Notes: generated by a model not told the origin, from the sequence alone. 64,000 bases of DNA from Pirellulales bacterium (GCA_963733035.1 CAVTBU010000005.1:1792001-1856000); one strand, 5' to 3'. Counted from the stretch's first letter, positions 40,431 to 50,720 are shown. Numbers and translations: made by a program.

Positions 40431-41237
40431 ACGCCCCAGCCCGCATTCCGCACCCGCGGCCAGCGGCGGCGGATCTGGCCCACAATCCTCGTCAATTCCT
40501 GCACCGTGCCACTGGCGGCGTCGATATCGCTGGAATAATTTAACGGGACGCAAACATTTCCTTGGACTGTCGAGGTCAGGCGCCCGGTCCTTACTCAACG
40601 GTTGTCCGCTCAAGTCCGCGCCAGTCGGAGGTCGCTGCTTCGTGCCGCGCAAGGTCTTAGGACCGGCACCGAAATCTAGTCCAATGGCATTTCGGCTCTC
40701 GGGGATGGCTTGAATCTTTCGATGGCAGCGACTTGTGACGTCTGCCCGTCGCCTCGCACCCGCATTTTTCCTGCCGCGTCGCGTCAGGTAAGCCCCACTA
40801 CGACTTTGCCTCTATCAATCGAGCCAGCCGCTGGGCTAGCCTACGGTCGGCAGATTCTGCACAGGGGCCGTGCGGAGGACCGTCATGTTTCATACCGGGC
40901 AAAATACGAAAGCTGCGTCATACTACATGTGTCATTTTTCAGGTTACAAAAGGCGAAAAGAAAAGTGCGCGCAACTTTCAGCCCGAAAAAAGGCCACTCG
41001 AAAACTTTGCGAATTCCGAACCGGGCCAAGTGCGAGCTTCGTCCGCATTGTGACCAACGCCTTACGAGCGTTGGTCACACCGAACAATTGCGAGCCCGCT
41101 CGCACGCTTGCAACCGAGGCAGCACTTACCGCATACTCGCCTGCATCGAATGGTTGGTTGCTCGGCCGACCAGGATTGTTACGATGGGCATCGTCAATTC
41201 ATTGACCGTTTCCCCAAAATTCGAATCGCAAACTCAC

Positions 41238-42212
41238 ATGCCGAAACACAAAGTGCTGATTACCGATTACGCCTGGCCCGACCTGGAAATCGAGCGGCGA
41301 ATCCTGGCCGAAGCCGATGCCGAACTGGTGGTCGCCACCGAAGGCCAGCGCGATCCCGCCTCGCTTGCCGGGCTGGCGGCCGACGTCGAAGCCATCATGA
41401 CCAATTGGGCGCAGGTGCCGGCCGAGGTCATCAAAAACGCGCCCCGCTGCCGGCTCGTGGCCCGACTCGGCATCGGTTTGGACAACATCGACGTGGCCGC
41501 CGCGAGCGAGCGCGGGATGTACGTGACCAACATTCCGGACTATTGCCTGATCGAAGTGGCCGAGCATGCCCTGGCCCTGCTGCTGGCCCTGTCCCGCAAG
41601 GTTGCCCACTATCATCTCCAGACGAAGTCGGGCATCTACGATCTCAAGTCGGGCCCGGTACTGCGGCGACTCGAAGGGCAAACGCTGGGCATCGTCGGCC
41701 TCGGCAACATTGGCAGTGCGCTTGCCAAGCGGGCGACGGGGCTCGGCCTCAAGGTGTTGGCCACGAGCCGTACCCGCCGCGAGCCTCCGCGGGGAGTCAG
41801 CTTCTGCGAGCTTGACACGCTGCTGGCCGAGAGTGACTACATTTCCTTGCACGTTCCGTCAACACCTGAAACGCGGCACATGATTGGCGCCGGGCAGTTC
41901 GCAAAAATGAAACCCACGGCATATCTGATCAACACGGCGCGAGGTGGCTTGATCGACCACGCGGCATTGGCGGCGGCGCTTGACAAAGGGCAGCTGGCCG
42001 GCGCAGGGCTCGACGTGCAGGAACCCGAGCCGCCCGACCTCTCGCAACCGCCGTGGAATGATCCACATGTGATTGTCACGCCGCACGCAGCGTTCGTTTC
42101 GGAGGAGTCATTGAGCGACCTGCGCATGCGCACATCGCGTCAAGTCGTGGCCTGCCTTGCGGGAGAGGAACCACCCCACATTGTCAATCGGGATCGGCGG
42201 GCGCACGGCTAG
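41238..42212 (+). CDS. D-2-hydroxyacid dehydrogenase (CtBP/SerA-like)
   Basis: GIGLDNID, GIVGLGNIG NAD motif, LHVP.T.ETRH, INTARGG and TPHAAF.S. Likely start MPKHKVLITD. Confidence 0.92.
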   Translation: MPKHKVLITDYAWPDLEIERRILAEADAELVVATEGQRDPASLAGLAADVEAIMTNWAQVPAEVIKNAPRCRLVARLGIGLDNIDVAAASERGMYVTNIPDYCLIEVAEHALALLLALSRKVAHYHLQTKSGIYDLKSGPVLRRLEGQTLGIVGLGNIGSALAKRATGLGLKVLATSRTRREPPRGVSFCELDTLLAESDYISLHVPSTPETRHMIGAGQFAKMKPTAYLINTARGGLIDHAALAAALDKGQLAGAGLDVQEPEPPDLSQPPWNDPHVIVTPHAAFVSEESLSDLRMRTSRQVVACLAGEEPPHIVNRDRRAHG

Positions 42213-42523
42213 CGCGGGCGTGAGGTCGCGCAGCCGTCACAATCGGCAGAACCTTCCGCCGATATGTGCGCCATGCTGTGCGTGCTTTGACCCCTCGGAA
42301 CCCATGGCCTATACGTATTTAGGGCCAATTGGGCGAGAACTTTCCCGCTTGCGTGCGGCGACGCCGTAAGCGGGCGTGGCAAGGCTATTTGCGTAGCACA
42401 TGCAAACGATCCTTCGCCGCCTTGCCTCGCTGGTGAACAAACTGCCGCTTTGCCGGGCTACTCGGCTCGTTGACGGGCAGCGGGCAAAGTCGTCGCCTGT
42501 AGCAGTGGGCACAACATTCGAAA

Positions 42524-44059
42524 ATGGCAACCATGGAAGAAAAAAGCCTTGGCTCGGGCGGGAGCTCCGAACATGGTTCGGGCATTGAAGGACCGCATGG
42601 CGAGCGGCGGCGGCGTGCCCACGAGATCCTCGCCGTGCAAGAAAGTTATCTTGAGCGGCTCGAGAACGAGCTAACCGCACAGCTCCAGCTGCTCGCCGAC
42701 GAAGTGCAGCAATCGGTCCAGCTATCCGAAGCGGCCTCGGGCGAGCAGGGAGAATCCGCAGCGGTTTCGGCACTCCAGACGCAGCTCGACGCGCTCAAGC
42801 AGCAGTTCGAAGCGTTGGACGCCCAATGCGAGCAACTTCGTGGGCAGAACGATCAGGCTCGGCTAGATCAGGCGAGGCTCGAACAGGAACTGCGAGTTCG
42901 AGAGACGCTGCTGAAGGAGTCACAATGCCGCGACGAGCAGCGCCACGTTGAATCGGCCGCGCTTCGCCAGGAACTTGCCGACGTGCAGGCTCAGTTTTCC
43001 GCCGCACGAAACCGTCAGACCGCACTCGAACAAGAGTTGACGACCGAGCGAGACCGCTTCGAGACTCGACTCGAAGAGACGAAAGCACAGCGCAGGCGAA
43101 TCGCTCGCGAATTCAAGCAGCAGCGTGCCGAGCATCTGGCGGAGTTGGCCGAGCGAAAGGCCGAATTGGAGACCCTGGCTCGAACGAGCGACCGAGAACT
43201 GCAAGCACAACTGGAAGCGCTCAAGGCCGAACTGCAACGGGCGACCGAGGAGCACGCGCGCGAACTCGCCGAACTCCGAAATACACCGACGAGTGACGCG
43301 GATCCGGCGGCGCTTCAGGAGTTGCGCAAGGAGCGCGATCAGTTGTCCCAACGGTTGGCGATGGCGGAAGCCAAGCTGACCGAGGCTGCCTCCGACGCGG
43401 AACAGGATCCTCGCAAGCGCGACGAATTGCAGCGGCGCTTTGAAATGGCCGTCGAGGAAGTGCGAGAACTCAAGCGGACCAACGCGGAACTGGAGAATAA
43501 GCTCAAGAGCCGCGGCGGAAATAGTGGCGCTGGCGGGTCGCCAGCACCGGGTGGCGGGCTCGACTGGGAAGCTCAGAAACAGCGTCTGCTGGCGTCGCTG
43601 GAGGCTGATAGCGACGACGAAGATGACGAAGCGGCCCGCGAGGAGCGAACCAGCATCGAGGGAACGATTCGCATCACGGACCAGATCGTCGCACAAAAAG
43701 ATCTGGAGATTGCCGAGCTCAAAGAGCAACTCGAACACCACGTGGGAATGTCAGACTCTTCCCTTTCCTCAGCCGCCGCCGAGTTGCTCGATAACGATGA
43801 AGTCATACGCCAGGAGCGCGAGAAGCTCTCCCAAATGCAGGCCGAGTGGCGAGAGAAGATTGGGGAGGCTGAGATCGAGATCTCCGTCCAACGAGCAAAA
43901 TTGGCCCGCGAACGCGCCGAGGTTGACGAGAAACTTCGCCAGCTCCAAATTGAGCAGGAAAACCATGTTCCGCACGAGGATTCATCCGAGCCAGGCAAAC
44001 CCGTCCGAGGCCGCTGGCTGGCCCGCTTGGGCTTGAAAGACCTGGACGAAGGCAAATAG
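42524..44059 (+). CDS. Long coiled-coil hypothetical protein
   Basis: E/Q/R/L-rich heptads throughout; DWEAQKQRLLASLE; C-terminal RGRWLARLGL amphipathic tail. Confidence 0.8.
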   Translation: MATMEEKSLGSGGSSEHGSGIEGPHGERRRRAHEILAVQESYLERLENELTAQLQLLADEVQQSVQLSEAASGEQGESAAVSALQTQLDALKQQFEALDAQCEQLRGQNDQARLDQARLEQELRVRETLLKESQCRDEQRHVESAALRQELADVQAQFSAARNRQTALEQELTTERDRFETRLEETKAQRRRIAREFKQQRAEHLAELAERKAELETLARTSDRELQAQLEALKAELQRATEEHARELAELRNTPTSDADPAALQELRKERDQLSQRLAMAEAKLTEAASDAEQDPRKRDELQRRFEMAVEEVRELKRTNAELENKLKSRGGNSGAGGSPAPGGGLDWEAQKQRLLASLEADSDDEDDEAAREERTSIEGTIRITDQIVAQKDLEIAELKEQLEHHVGMSDSSLSSAAAELLDNDEVIRQEREKLSQMQAEWREKIGEAEIEISVQRAKLARERAEVDEKLRQLQIEQENHVPHEDSSEPGKPVRGRWLARLGLKDLDEGK

Positions 44060-44085
44060 CACGGCCCACTTGGCGGCCATGCGCG

Positions 44086-45279
44086 TTATTCCTGTAGGGG
44101 CACGCTGCTGGTGCTCGAGAGTACCGCCTCGGCTTCCGACACACCGCGCGGATCCTGTTCGCGCAGTTGCAAGAGCGCCTCACGCGAGACTGGCTGAGGG
44201 CACGCAAGCAAATAACCCACAATAGCGCGGCGAATTGCCGGCTGCGAATACTCTGGCTTGCCGTATAACGCCGTGATGTCAGCCAACGCCTTCCATGCCT
44301 GCCAGCGAGCCAGATCGGTAATCGTTGCCTCGGCAAACTCGGGCCGCGCCAGCAGGTGTTGCACGGCCGCCGCCAGCCGCTCTGGCGGAATCTCGCGGCC
44401 GTACTCGTGATAAAATCGCAGGGCGGTCATCGCGTGCCGCACGTCGCCCACTGCCGCCTGCGGATTGGCGAAGTAGCGTGCATTGAGCAGGTCGAGCCCC
44501 TCGACGCCTTGTAGTAACAAGTATCCGCCAAGTATCCCGTCAAAGCCCGCTCGAAAGTCGTCGTCGGGAGCCACAATCAGTTGTCTTAATACTCGCGCGT
44601 TGGCTCTCCGCGTTTGTGGATCGCGTGCGAGCCCCAGCGCTAGGCCATAAAATCCCTTTCGATGGGAGGGAACGTTCGGATCACTCAGCCAAGCGGCAAT
44701 TCGTTGCATTGGGAGCAATCCAGCGGACTCGGCCACCAAGTCGAACGGAGCGTGGGCGAACTCCAGATAGGCATCTTCGGCCACAACTTGGTTAGGGTGC
44801 TCAAGAAAAGTCGCGAAATAGCGCAGCCGTTGCTCAAGTGGCGTTAACCCCCGCGGAGCTTGGGCAAAGTAGGCATAGCTTACTTCGTCGACTGCCACAG
44901 CATGCCATTCAAGGCCGGTAGCCGTCCGGCTGCCAAACAGTATGAGCAGCTCGCCGGGACTCACGGCCAAATCCAGCGGAACTGTAAGTTGCGTCGCAGC
45001 AGGCAGAACTTCCTCGCCCGAAAAAACACGATGCAACTTGACGGTTACCGGGCCAGCGGCACGGGCCGATTGAACTTCCGCCAACACCGTTGCCGCGGCC
45101 GCAGCTTGCTGCTGGCAGAGCGTAGGCTTCTGCGCGGTGCAAAATGGACAGCCAAGCGCAGGCCCGGCCGTCAGGATACAGATCAACGCCTGCAGAGCGG
45201 CAAAGCACCTTGCCCGCCCGCGAGCGCGACTATTTGACCTGTTTACCGTCGAGATGATAGATGGCCAGATAGTTGCCAT
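44086..45279 (-). CDS. Secreted CPFC-motif protein with HEAT-like repeats (paralog of 46393-47916); start uncertain
   Basis: ALG-CPFC after a hydrophobic stretch. Shares DAY.EFA.AP, DLARW..W and YL.ACPQP with its paralog. Confidence 0.75.
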   Translation of the reverse strand: MATIWPSIISTVNRSNSRARGRARCFAALQALICILTAGPALGCPFCTAQKPTLCQQQAAAAATVLAEVQSARAAGPVTVKLHRVFSGEEVLPAATQLTVPLDLAVSPGELLILFGSRTATGLEWHAVAVDEVSYAYFAQAPRGLTPLEQRLRYFATFLEHPNQVVAEDAYLEFAHAPFDLVAESAGLLPMQRIAAWLSDPNVPSHRKGFYGLALGLARDPQTRRANARVLRQLIVAPDDDFRAGFDGILGGYLLLQGVEGLDLLNARYFANPQAAVGDVRHAMTALRFYHEYGREIPPERLAAAVQHLLARPEFAEATITDLARWQAWKALADITALYGKPEYSQPAIRRAIVGYLLACPQPVSREALLQLREQDPRGVSEAEAVLSSTSSVPLQE

Positions 45280-45691
45280 CGGGACCCTTCAGCTCGCGAA
45301 TTGAAAAATTGCCTTCAACGCTCACCGGCCGCACGGTAAACGTGGCCGATTCCGGCGGCAGCATTTCCACGACGATGCAATCGTGCAGCAGCGCGCCTGG
45401 CCCAAAGCAACATTCCATGTTATCGCGGACCAGGATAAACTGTTTGATGCCGGTCTGCTGAAAGCTCGGCAAAATATACCCGCGAATCCGGATCGATTTT
45501 CCGTCGAGGCTTTTGACCTTGTCGGTGAGGATCGAAGAATCGTAAGGATCGCCCTTCTTTAAATCCAGTTTGATGTCGTCGAATGTGATTTCCTTAACCG
45601 AACCGGTTGGCGCGTCGCCGGCCGGGGCTCGGCGAGCAGCGACCGCCAAGCTTAGGATACAGACTACGGCGGCGAACAGCGGACGAGTCAT
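45230..45691 (-). CDS. DUF3299-family protein
   Basis: ITFDD.K, LDGK.IRIRGYILP, F.LVRD..ECCFG and IYHL. Confidence 0.82.
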   Translation of the reverse strand: MTRPLFAAVVCILSLAVAARRAPAGDAPTGSVKEITFDDIKLDLKKGDPYDSSILTDKVKSLDGKSIRIRGYILPSFQQTGIKQFILVRDNMECCFGPGALLHDCIVVEMLPPESATFTVRPVSVEGNFSIRELKGPDGNYLAIYHLDGKQVK

Positions 45692-46362
45692 TTCAAATAG
45701 TCGGCCTTGAGATGATAGAACACGCCCCCTTTGGCTCCATCGATCGCTGAGTCGTGGGGCTCAACGTGGAAGGTGCCACCCAGCTTGTGCAATCGGGGCT
45801 GATAGGTCAACTCCAGCGGCTGCTCCAGCGTGACCTGAATGCGATCGGTGATCTTGGGATCTCCGCCGAAACAACAGTCACCCTGGTCACGGACTAGCAG
45901 AAACTCGTGAATTCCATCCTTCCGTTGGCCCGGATAAACGTAGCCCTTGATGAAGATTTTCTTGCCTTCCAACTGCAGCGCGGTTGGTGGAACCAACTGT
46001 CCCGGCTGCGATGCGTCGGGTTGCAAGTCGGCGTACGAGATTCGTGCATAACCGTCGGGCACTTCCGTCACGTAAACGTAGGAGAGCCAGGCGGGACCAA
46101 GAACTCCAAAGAGCAACGAAAGCACCAGACCGGCCTTGGCCAGCCCCTCGCCACTCAACTCCTCGCGATGGCGCCGAACTTTGAACAAGGCGACTAGCGA
46201 AAGGGGAGCGCCGATCCAGGGCACGACCACCAACGTCCACGAGAGGATTGCCAATGGACTCAGGAACCCGACGATCAGGCTGGCAACGGCAGCAGTCGAT
46301 AGCGCCCGGTAGCGTTGATAGTCATCCGCAGGCGCGCTTGGCGATGCGAGATCGATGCTCAT
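45688..46362 (-). CDS. Membrane-anchored DUF3299-like protein (N-terminal DUF4190-like TM region)
   Basis: TM helices with G.GLAKAGL.LS, then LEGK.IFIKGYVYP..FLLVRD.GDCCFGG. ATGA overlap with the next gene. Confidence 0.78.
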   Translation of the reverse strand: MSIDLASPSAPADDYQRYRALSTAAVASLIVGFLSPLAILSWTLVVVPWIGAPLSLVALFKVRRHREELSGEGLAKAGLVLSLLFGVLGPAWLSYVYVTEVPDGYARISYADLQPDASQPGQLVPPTALQLEGKKIFIKGYVYPGQRKDGIHEFLLVRDQGDCCFGGDPKITDRIQVTLEQPLELTYQPRLHKLGGTFHVEPHDSAIDGAKGGVFYHLKADYLK

Positions 46363-46392
46363 GGTAGAAATGCAACGCGTGAAACGACGGGA

Positions 46393-47916
46393 TCAACCAA
46401 CCGAGCGCTGACCGCCCTTGAGTATTCCCCAGAACGCAACGGCCAATACCAGCGCGGACACAATCATGCCGACCATCACCGGCAAACTTCGAACCGGTGG
46501 CCCGGGTACGGCGGCAGCCGCAGGCGCCAGATGCCCCAGAATGGCCGAGGGCTTGGCCTCGCTCACTTCGATTCCCCGCACTCGCGGCTGTGGTGTGGCC
46601 GACGACTGCGTGTTGGGAGCCGACGACGTCTTCTTTTCCGTAGGTGCCTGGCCACTATTCGCTGCGCCAGCAGGAGCGGGTGATGCGTTTATCTTTGAGT
46701 CTTCGCTGTCGGTGGGTTTTTCTTCGGACTTATTGGCTCCCGCCGTCGTTCCCGCGGCCGCGGCACCGAGCGGAAAAAACGAATTCGCCCGCTTAATGCT
46801 TTCTGGATCGATCTTCGCCAGCTCGTCGATCTTTTGCTTTGCTTCTGGCTGGGGGCAGGCCCGCAAGTAGTTGATGACCGGTACGCGAACCCAACTGGAC
46901 TCTTCGTCAGATGTCTTGAAAAGCTCGACCAACCGGTCCATCACCGACCAGTCCTCCCAGCGAGCCAGATCCGGAATCACCAGATCAGCCAATTGCGGGC
47001 GATCGAGCATCATCCGCAGCCCCACCAACAGGCGATCCTTGGAGATGATCTTCTCCTCGGTGCCATGGAACCGCAGGGCCATAATCGTGGCGTAAGTGTC
47101 TGTATATTCGGCATCCTTGTTCTTCAGGAACAAGTCTTCGACAAGTGGCATCCCTTCCGGCCCCTTGAGCGTCAGGTAAGACGCCACCAAGGCGTCGAGC
47201 GCACCTTTGGTTTGGCGGTCCTTTGATTTAATCATTTCTTCGAGAACCGGGATGTCTTTCTGGTCGCCGGCGGCGCCGAGCATCGTCAAGTAGAGGCGGC
47301 GGCGGCTAACCGGAATTTCGGTGCTCTGGATCCACTCCAGCAGCTTCTCGTGGTGCATCCGCGGGGCCAATCCCAGGACCTCGGAGTAGGGCGCCTTAGC
47401 GAATTCGTCATAGGCATCCCGCGCTAGCGTCTCGTCCTTGTCCTCCAGGTAGTCCTGAAAAAACACCAGCCGCTCAGGGCCATCCTTCGGCAAGTCCATC
47501 GAATTGACAACGTAGTCGATGCCGCGATCGGTGATTGCAATGGGCGTGCTCCAATTGATGTTCGGTGGATCGATGCCCATGATCAGAAACGTCGTGCCGA
47601 CCGGGCTGTCACCGAAATAGACCGCGTCGATCGTCCGCTCCTTGCCGAGGGCTTCCTCACCCTTGAGCACCTTAATGATTTCGAATTTCGCTTTCGCGAC
47701 GTCGAGCGAGTTGGTGTCGCTGGGCGGCGGCGGCGGCTCGGTCAACTTGGCGATGACCGCTACTTGTGAGTTATTGATCTCCTCGCTGAACGTGAGCGAC
47801 ACAGCGCTGCAAAATGGGCAGGCCAGTGCCCGGTAGGTAATTGCCGTCAATGAGCCGACCGCAGCCACCAAGGCCAACACCCAGGCGACCACAACGCGCA
47901 ACTTGAAGAAGGTCAT
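46393..47916 (-). CDS. Secreted, C-terminally membrane-anchored CPFC-motif protein with HEAT-like repeats
   Basis: ATG 47916 after GAGG; signal peptide ..ALA-CPFC; low-complexity linker; C-terminal TM helix. Confidence 0.8.
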   Translation of the reverse strand: MTFFKLRVVVAWVLALVAAVGSLTAITYRALACPFCSAVSLTFSEEINNSQVAVIAKLTEPPPPPSDTNSLDVAKAKFEIIKVLKGEEALGKERTIDAVYFGDSPVGTTFLIMGIDPPNINWSTPIAITDRGIDYVVNSMDLPKDGPERLVFFQDYLEDKDETLARDAYDEFAKAPYSEVLGLAPRMHHEKLLEWIQSTEIPVSRRRLYLTMLGAAGDQKDIPVLEEMIKSKDRQTKGALDALVASYLTLKGPEGMPLVEDLFLKNKDAEYTDTYATIMALRFHGTEEKIISKDRLLVGLRMMLDRPQLADLVIPDLARWEDWSVMDRLVELFKTSDEESSWVRVPVINYLRACPQPEAKQKIDELAKIDPESIKRANSFFPLGAAAAGTTAGANKSEEKPTDSEDSKINASPAPAGAANSGQAPTEKKTSSAPNTQSSATPQPRVRGIEVSEAKPSAILGHLAPAAAAVPGPPVRSLPVMVGMIVSALVLAVAFWGILKGGQRSVG

Positions 47917-48052
47917 GCTCAGTTCCTCGCGATAGTTCAAAGGTAGGAGGGCAAGGCAGGGATTCGGTCCGTTTGCATGCCGCCAAGTTGCCAAAACGGC
48001 AGATTGTTTCGCATGTATTAAGGGCGACAGTCCGCCCCTCGTGTGACTCGAC

Positions 48053-49411
48053 TTAGGGAGTGGCCGTCAGGGCCTTGGCCACGTCGGTCCGGTACGCCGC
48101 CAGGGCGGGCAAGTAGCCCACCAGCGACGCCAGCAAGATCAGCGCTGGTATTATAACCAATTCATAGCTGACGAACTGGAAGAAGCCGACCGAAACCCCC
48201 GTTTGTACGGTGATCCACGGATTGAGCAGGGCGATGAGGCCGTGTCCGATGACCCAACCGGCCAAACCACCTGCCAAACTCAGCAGAATCGATTCGAGCA
48301 GAACCAACACCATGACCGTCTGGCGCCCGGCCCCCAGGGCCCGCATGACGGCAATTTCGTGCTGGCGCTCCGACATCGAATTATAAATGCTTACCAGGAT
48401 ACCAATGCCCGAGACGACCACGATCATCACGGTCAGGCTCAGCAGCACAATCCGCAAGGGGTCGACGAACGTCGAAAAAAGCGTGGCCATCTCGCGAATC
48501 GGCAGCACGGCCTGAGCCACGTTTCCCTCGTTGATGCTCTTGATCAGCGGCGGGGCCATCAATTCGGGCGGGGCACCGGCGAAGCTGGCCGTCAGTACCA
48601 GCACGGCCGTGACTTCACGTTTGTCGAGGGGCACCGGTTCAGGATGTTCGTGCTCGTGTGCGTGCTCATGGTCGTGATCCACCTGTTTCTCGGTGGAATC
48701 TTCTTCGTGTCGGTCCGCGGCGGGCTGGGCCGACTTCGCCGTGGCTGCCGGTTCCAAATCGGTACGATGTTCGGGAATCAGGTAGAAACCTTCCATGTTG
48801 ATCAACACGGCGCGGTCGTTCGGGGTGCCGGTGGGATTGAGTACGCCAACCACGGTGAATTTCTCGGCATGGACGTGTGCTTCGGGTCCGCCGCTGTGCG
48901 AGGGTTGAAACTGATCACCGACTTTTAGCCCCGTCTCGCGCGCCACGCTGGCGCCGACCACCGCGCCAAAGAACTCATCCTGCTTGAAGTTTCGGCCGTC
49001 GGCAAACGAGTAAGGGTTACCGCCATAATCCAGGTCGTTCAAGAAACCGGGGTTGGTGCCCACGACGCGAAAATCTTGATAGGTATCACCCAAGCAAATG
49101 GGGACGGCCTTGCCGACGTACTGCGAGTATTTTCCCTCGGTCAGTTCCTGGTAGAAGGTGTAGGGAATGTTCTCGACCGGCCTGGCCAGGTAATAGACGG
49201 TGTTGAGCACCAAGTCCAATCGTCCACCCTTCGCTCCCACCACGACGTTGTAACCGAGCGCCGAATTATTCATGAACGAGTCACTAATCGCGCCATGAAT
49301 GACCAGGACGGCGACCACTAGCATCACACCCAATGCCATGGAAAAACCCGTCAGACTGGACGCCAATGCGCGCTGCTGGATGCTTCGCCAGGCTATCTTC
49401 CAAAGACTCAT
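48053..49411 (-). CDS. ABC transporter permease (MacB/FtsX-like) with His-rich insert
   Basis: VVGAKG..L.LVLNTVY, TGTPNDRAV.I, DHDHEHAHEHEH and ER..EIAVMRALGA. Confidence 0.9.
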   Translation of the reverse strand: MSLWKIAWRSIQQRALASSLTGFSMALGVMLVVAVLVIHGAISDSFMNNSALGYNVVVGAKGGRLDLVLNTVYYLARPVENIPYTFYQELTEGKYSQYVGKAVPICLGDTYQDFRVVGTNPGFLNDLDYGGNPYSFADGRNFKQDEFFGAVVGASVARETGLKVGDQFQPSHSGGPEAHVHAEKFTVVGVLNPTGTPNDRAVLINMEGFYLIPEHRTDLEPAATAKSAQPAADRHEEDSTEKQVDHDHEHAHEHEHPEPVPLDKREVTAVLVLTASFAGAPPELMAPPLIKSINEGNVAQAVLPIREMATLFSTFVDPLRIVLLSLTVMIVVVSGIGILVSIYNSMSERQHEIAVMRALGAGRQTVMVLVLLESILLSLAGGLAGWVIGHGLIALLNPWITVQTGVSVGFFQFVSYELVIIPALILLASLVGYLPALAAYRTDVAKALTATP

Positions 49412-50079
49412 GCCGTCGCCACCGCCTGGTTGAAGGATTCCAGTCGTTCCACGCGTTCGAATTGCTCGGCGACTTCCGGCGTGTGCGTGACCAGCAGCAG
49501 GGCCACGTTTTCCTCCCGGCAGGTGGAGCGTATCAGATCGATGATATGTTGTTGATTGCCCGAGTCGACGTTGGCCGTCGGTTCGTCAGCCAGCAGCAGC
49601 TTCGGCCGGTTTGCCAACGACCGGGCGACAGCGACACGCTGTTGCTCGCCCACCGACAGGGCCGTTGGGCGATGCGTCATACGATGCTTGAGCCCAACCC
49701 GCTCGAGCAGGTCGCGAGCCCGGGCGGCGTCAGCACGACGATTGGCGAACGTCATGCCCAGCAGCACGTTCTCAAGCGCCGAGAAGCCGGGCAACAAGTT
49801 GAACGTCTGAAAGACATATCCGAGCTTGTCGGCGCGGAACCGATCACGTCCGGCTTCGCTGAGCCCAACTATGTTGGTGCCATCAATCTGCACCGAGCCG
49901 GAATCCGGGCGGCTGAGGCCTGAAATTACATGCAGCAGCGTCGTCTTGCCACAACCGCTACGGCCCATCAGCACGACCTGCTCGCCCGACTCGACGCGAA
50001 ACTCGCGAATATCGAGAATGGGCAACCGGCTGCCATCCGGTTCGCGGAATGATTTACAGACATCCTTCAGCAGCAACAT
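49408..50079 (-). CDS. ABC transporter ATP-binding protein (LolD/MacB-type)
   Basis: GRSGCGKTT, LSVGEQQRVAVAR, LLLADEPT and VTH. Confidence 0.95.
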   Translation of the reverse strand: MLLLKDVCKSFREPDGSRLPILDIREFRVESGEQVVLMGRSGCGKTTLLHVISGLSRPDSGSVQIDGTNIVGLSEAGRDRFRADKLGYVFQTFNLLPGFSALENVLLGMTFANRRADAARARDLLERVGLKHRMTHRPTALSVGEQQRVAVARSLANRPKLLLADEPTANVDSGNQQHIIDLIRSTCREENVALLLVTHTPEVAEQFERVERLESFNQAVATA

Positions 50080-50321
50080 GGCCGATTCGATAGCTCCAGG
50101 GTTTGCAGCCGTTTGCATTGCGTCGGTGAAGTCCGCATGAAACTTCCTCGACCAGAAGACGGGGCCCGATTCGTCCCAACGCGTTACATCCTAAAAGGTT
50201 ATCGCCGCACCACAAGGGCAATTCAGCATCGCGCGCAACTCGATCGGATGCCGCCGATTGCGTTACTTGCAGATACGGGCGGCTGGCGAAAATGGTTCGA
50301 TTTCGGGCAATTCCCCATGCG

Positions 50322-50720
50322 CTACGCATGCTCCTCGATAATGGCGTCGGCCTCGATTTCGATCATCATTGCGGGATCGACCAGCCGCGCGACTTCCACC
50401 ATGCTGGTCACGGGACGAATGTCGTGAAAGAAATCACCGTGGGCGCGGCCGTATTCCTCCCAGCGGCTGATATCGGTAACGAACATCCGCGTGCGGACGA
50501 CGTGCTGCAGCGTGGCGCCAGCCTTGGCCAAAGCCCCTTCAATATTCCGGAGCGTTTGCACCGTCTGTGCGTATGCATCTCCGTGCCCGACGATCTGACC
50601 GTGGTGATCCGTCGCCGTGGTACCGGCAACGAACACGCGCTGGCCGACTCGCACGGCCCGCGAATAGCCCACGATCGGTTCCCATTTTCCACCCGATGAA
50701 AAGCGCTGTCGCTCGGCCAC
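50322..50720 (-). CDS. RidA/YjgF family protein
   Basis: [26 protein letters not shown] and EIEADA. Confidence 0.92.
   Translation of the reverse strand: MAERQRFSSGGKWEPIVGYSRAVRVGQRVFVAGTTATDHHGQIVGHGDAYAQTVQTLRNIEGALAKAGATLQHVVRTRMFVTDISRWEEYGRAHGDFFHDIRPVTSMVEVARLVDPAMMIEIEADAIIEEHA

Noticed and set aside
40710..41237. 176-aa N-terminal extension of the dehydrogenase
   Set aside because: Non-protein-like composition across an AT-rich promoter region; homology starts at MPKHKVLITD.
50119..50321. Zur/Fur box upstream of the ABC/DUF3299 operon
   Set aside because: Only weak dyads (TTGCG-N5-TGCAG; GTTA-N5-TAAA), not distinguishable from chance.
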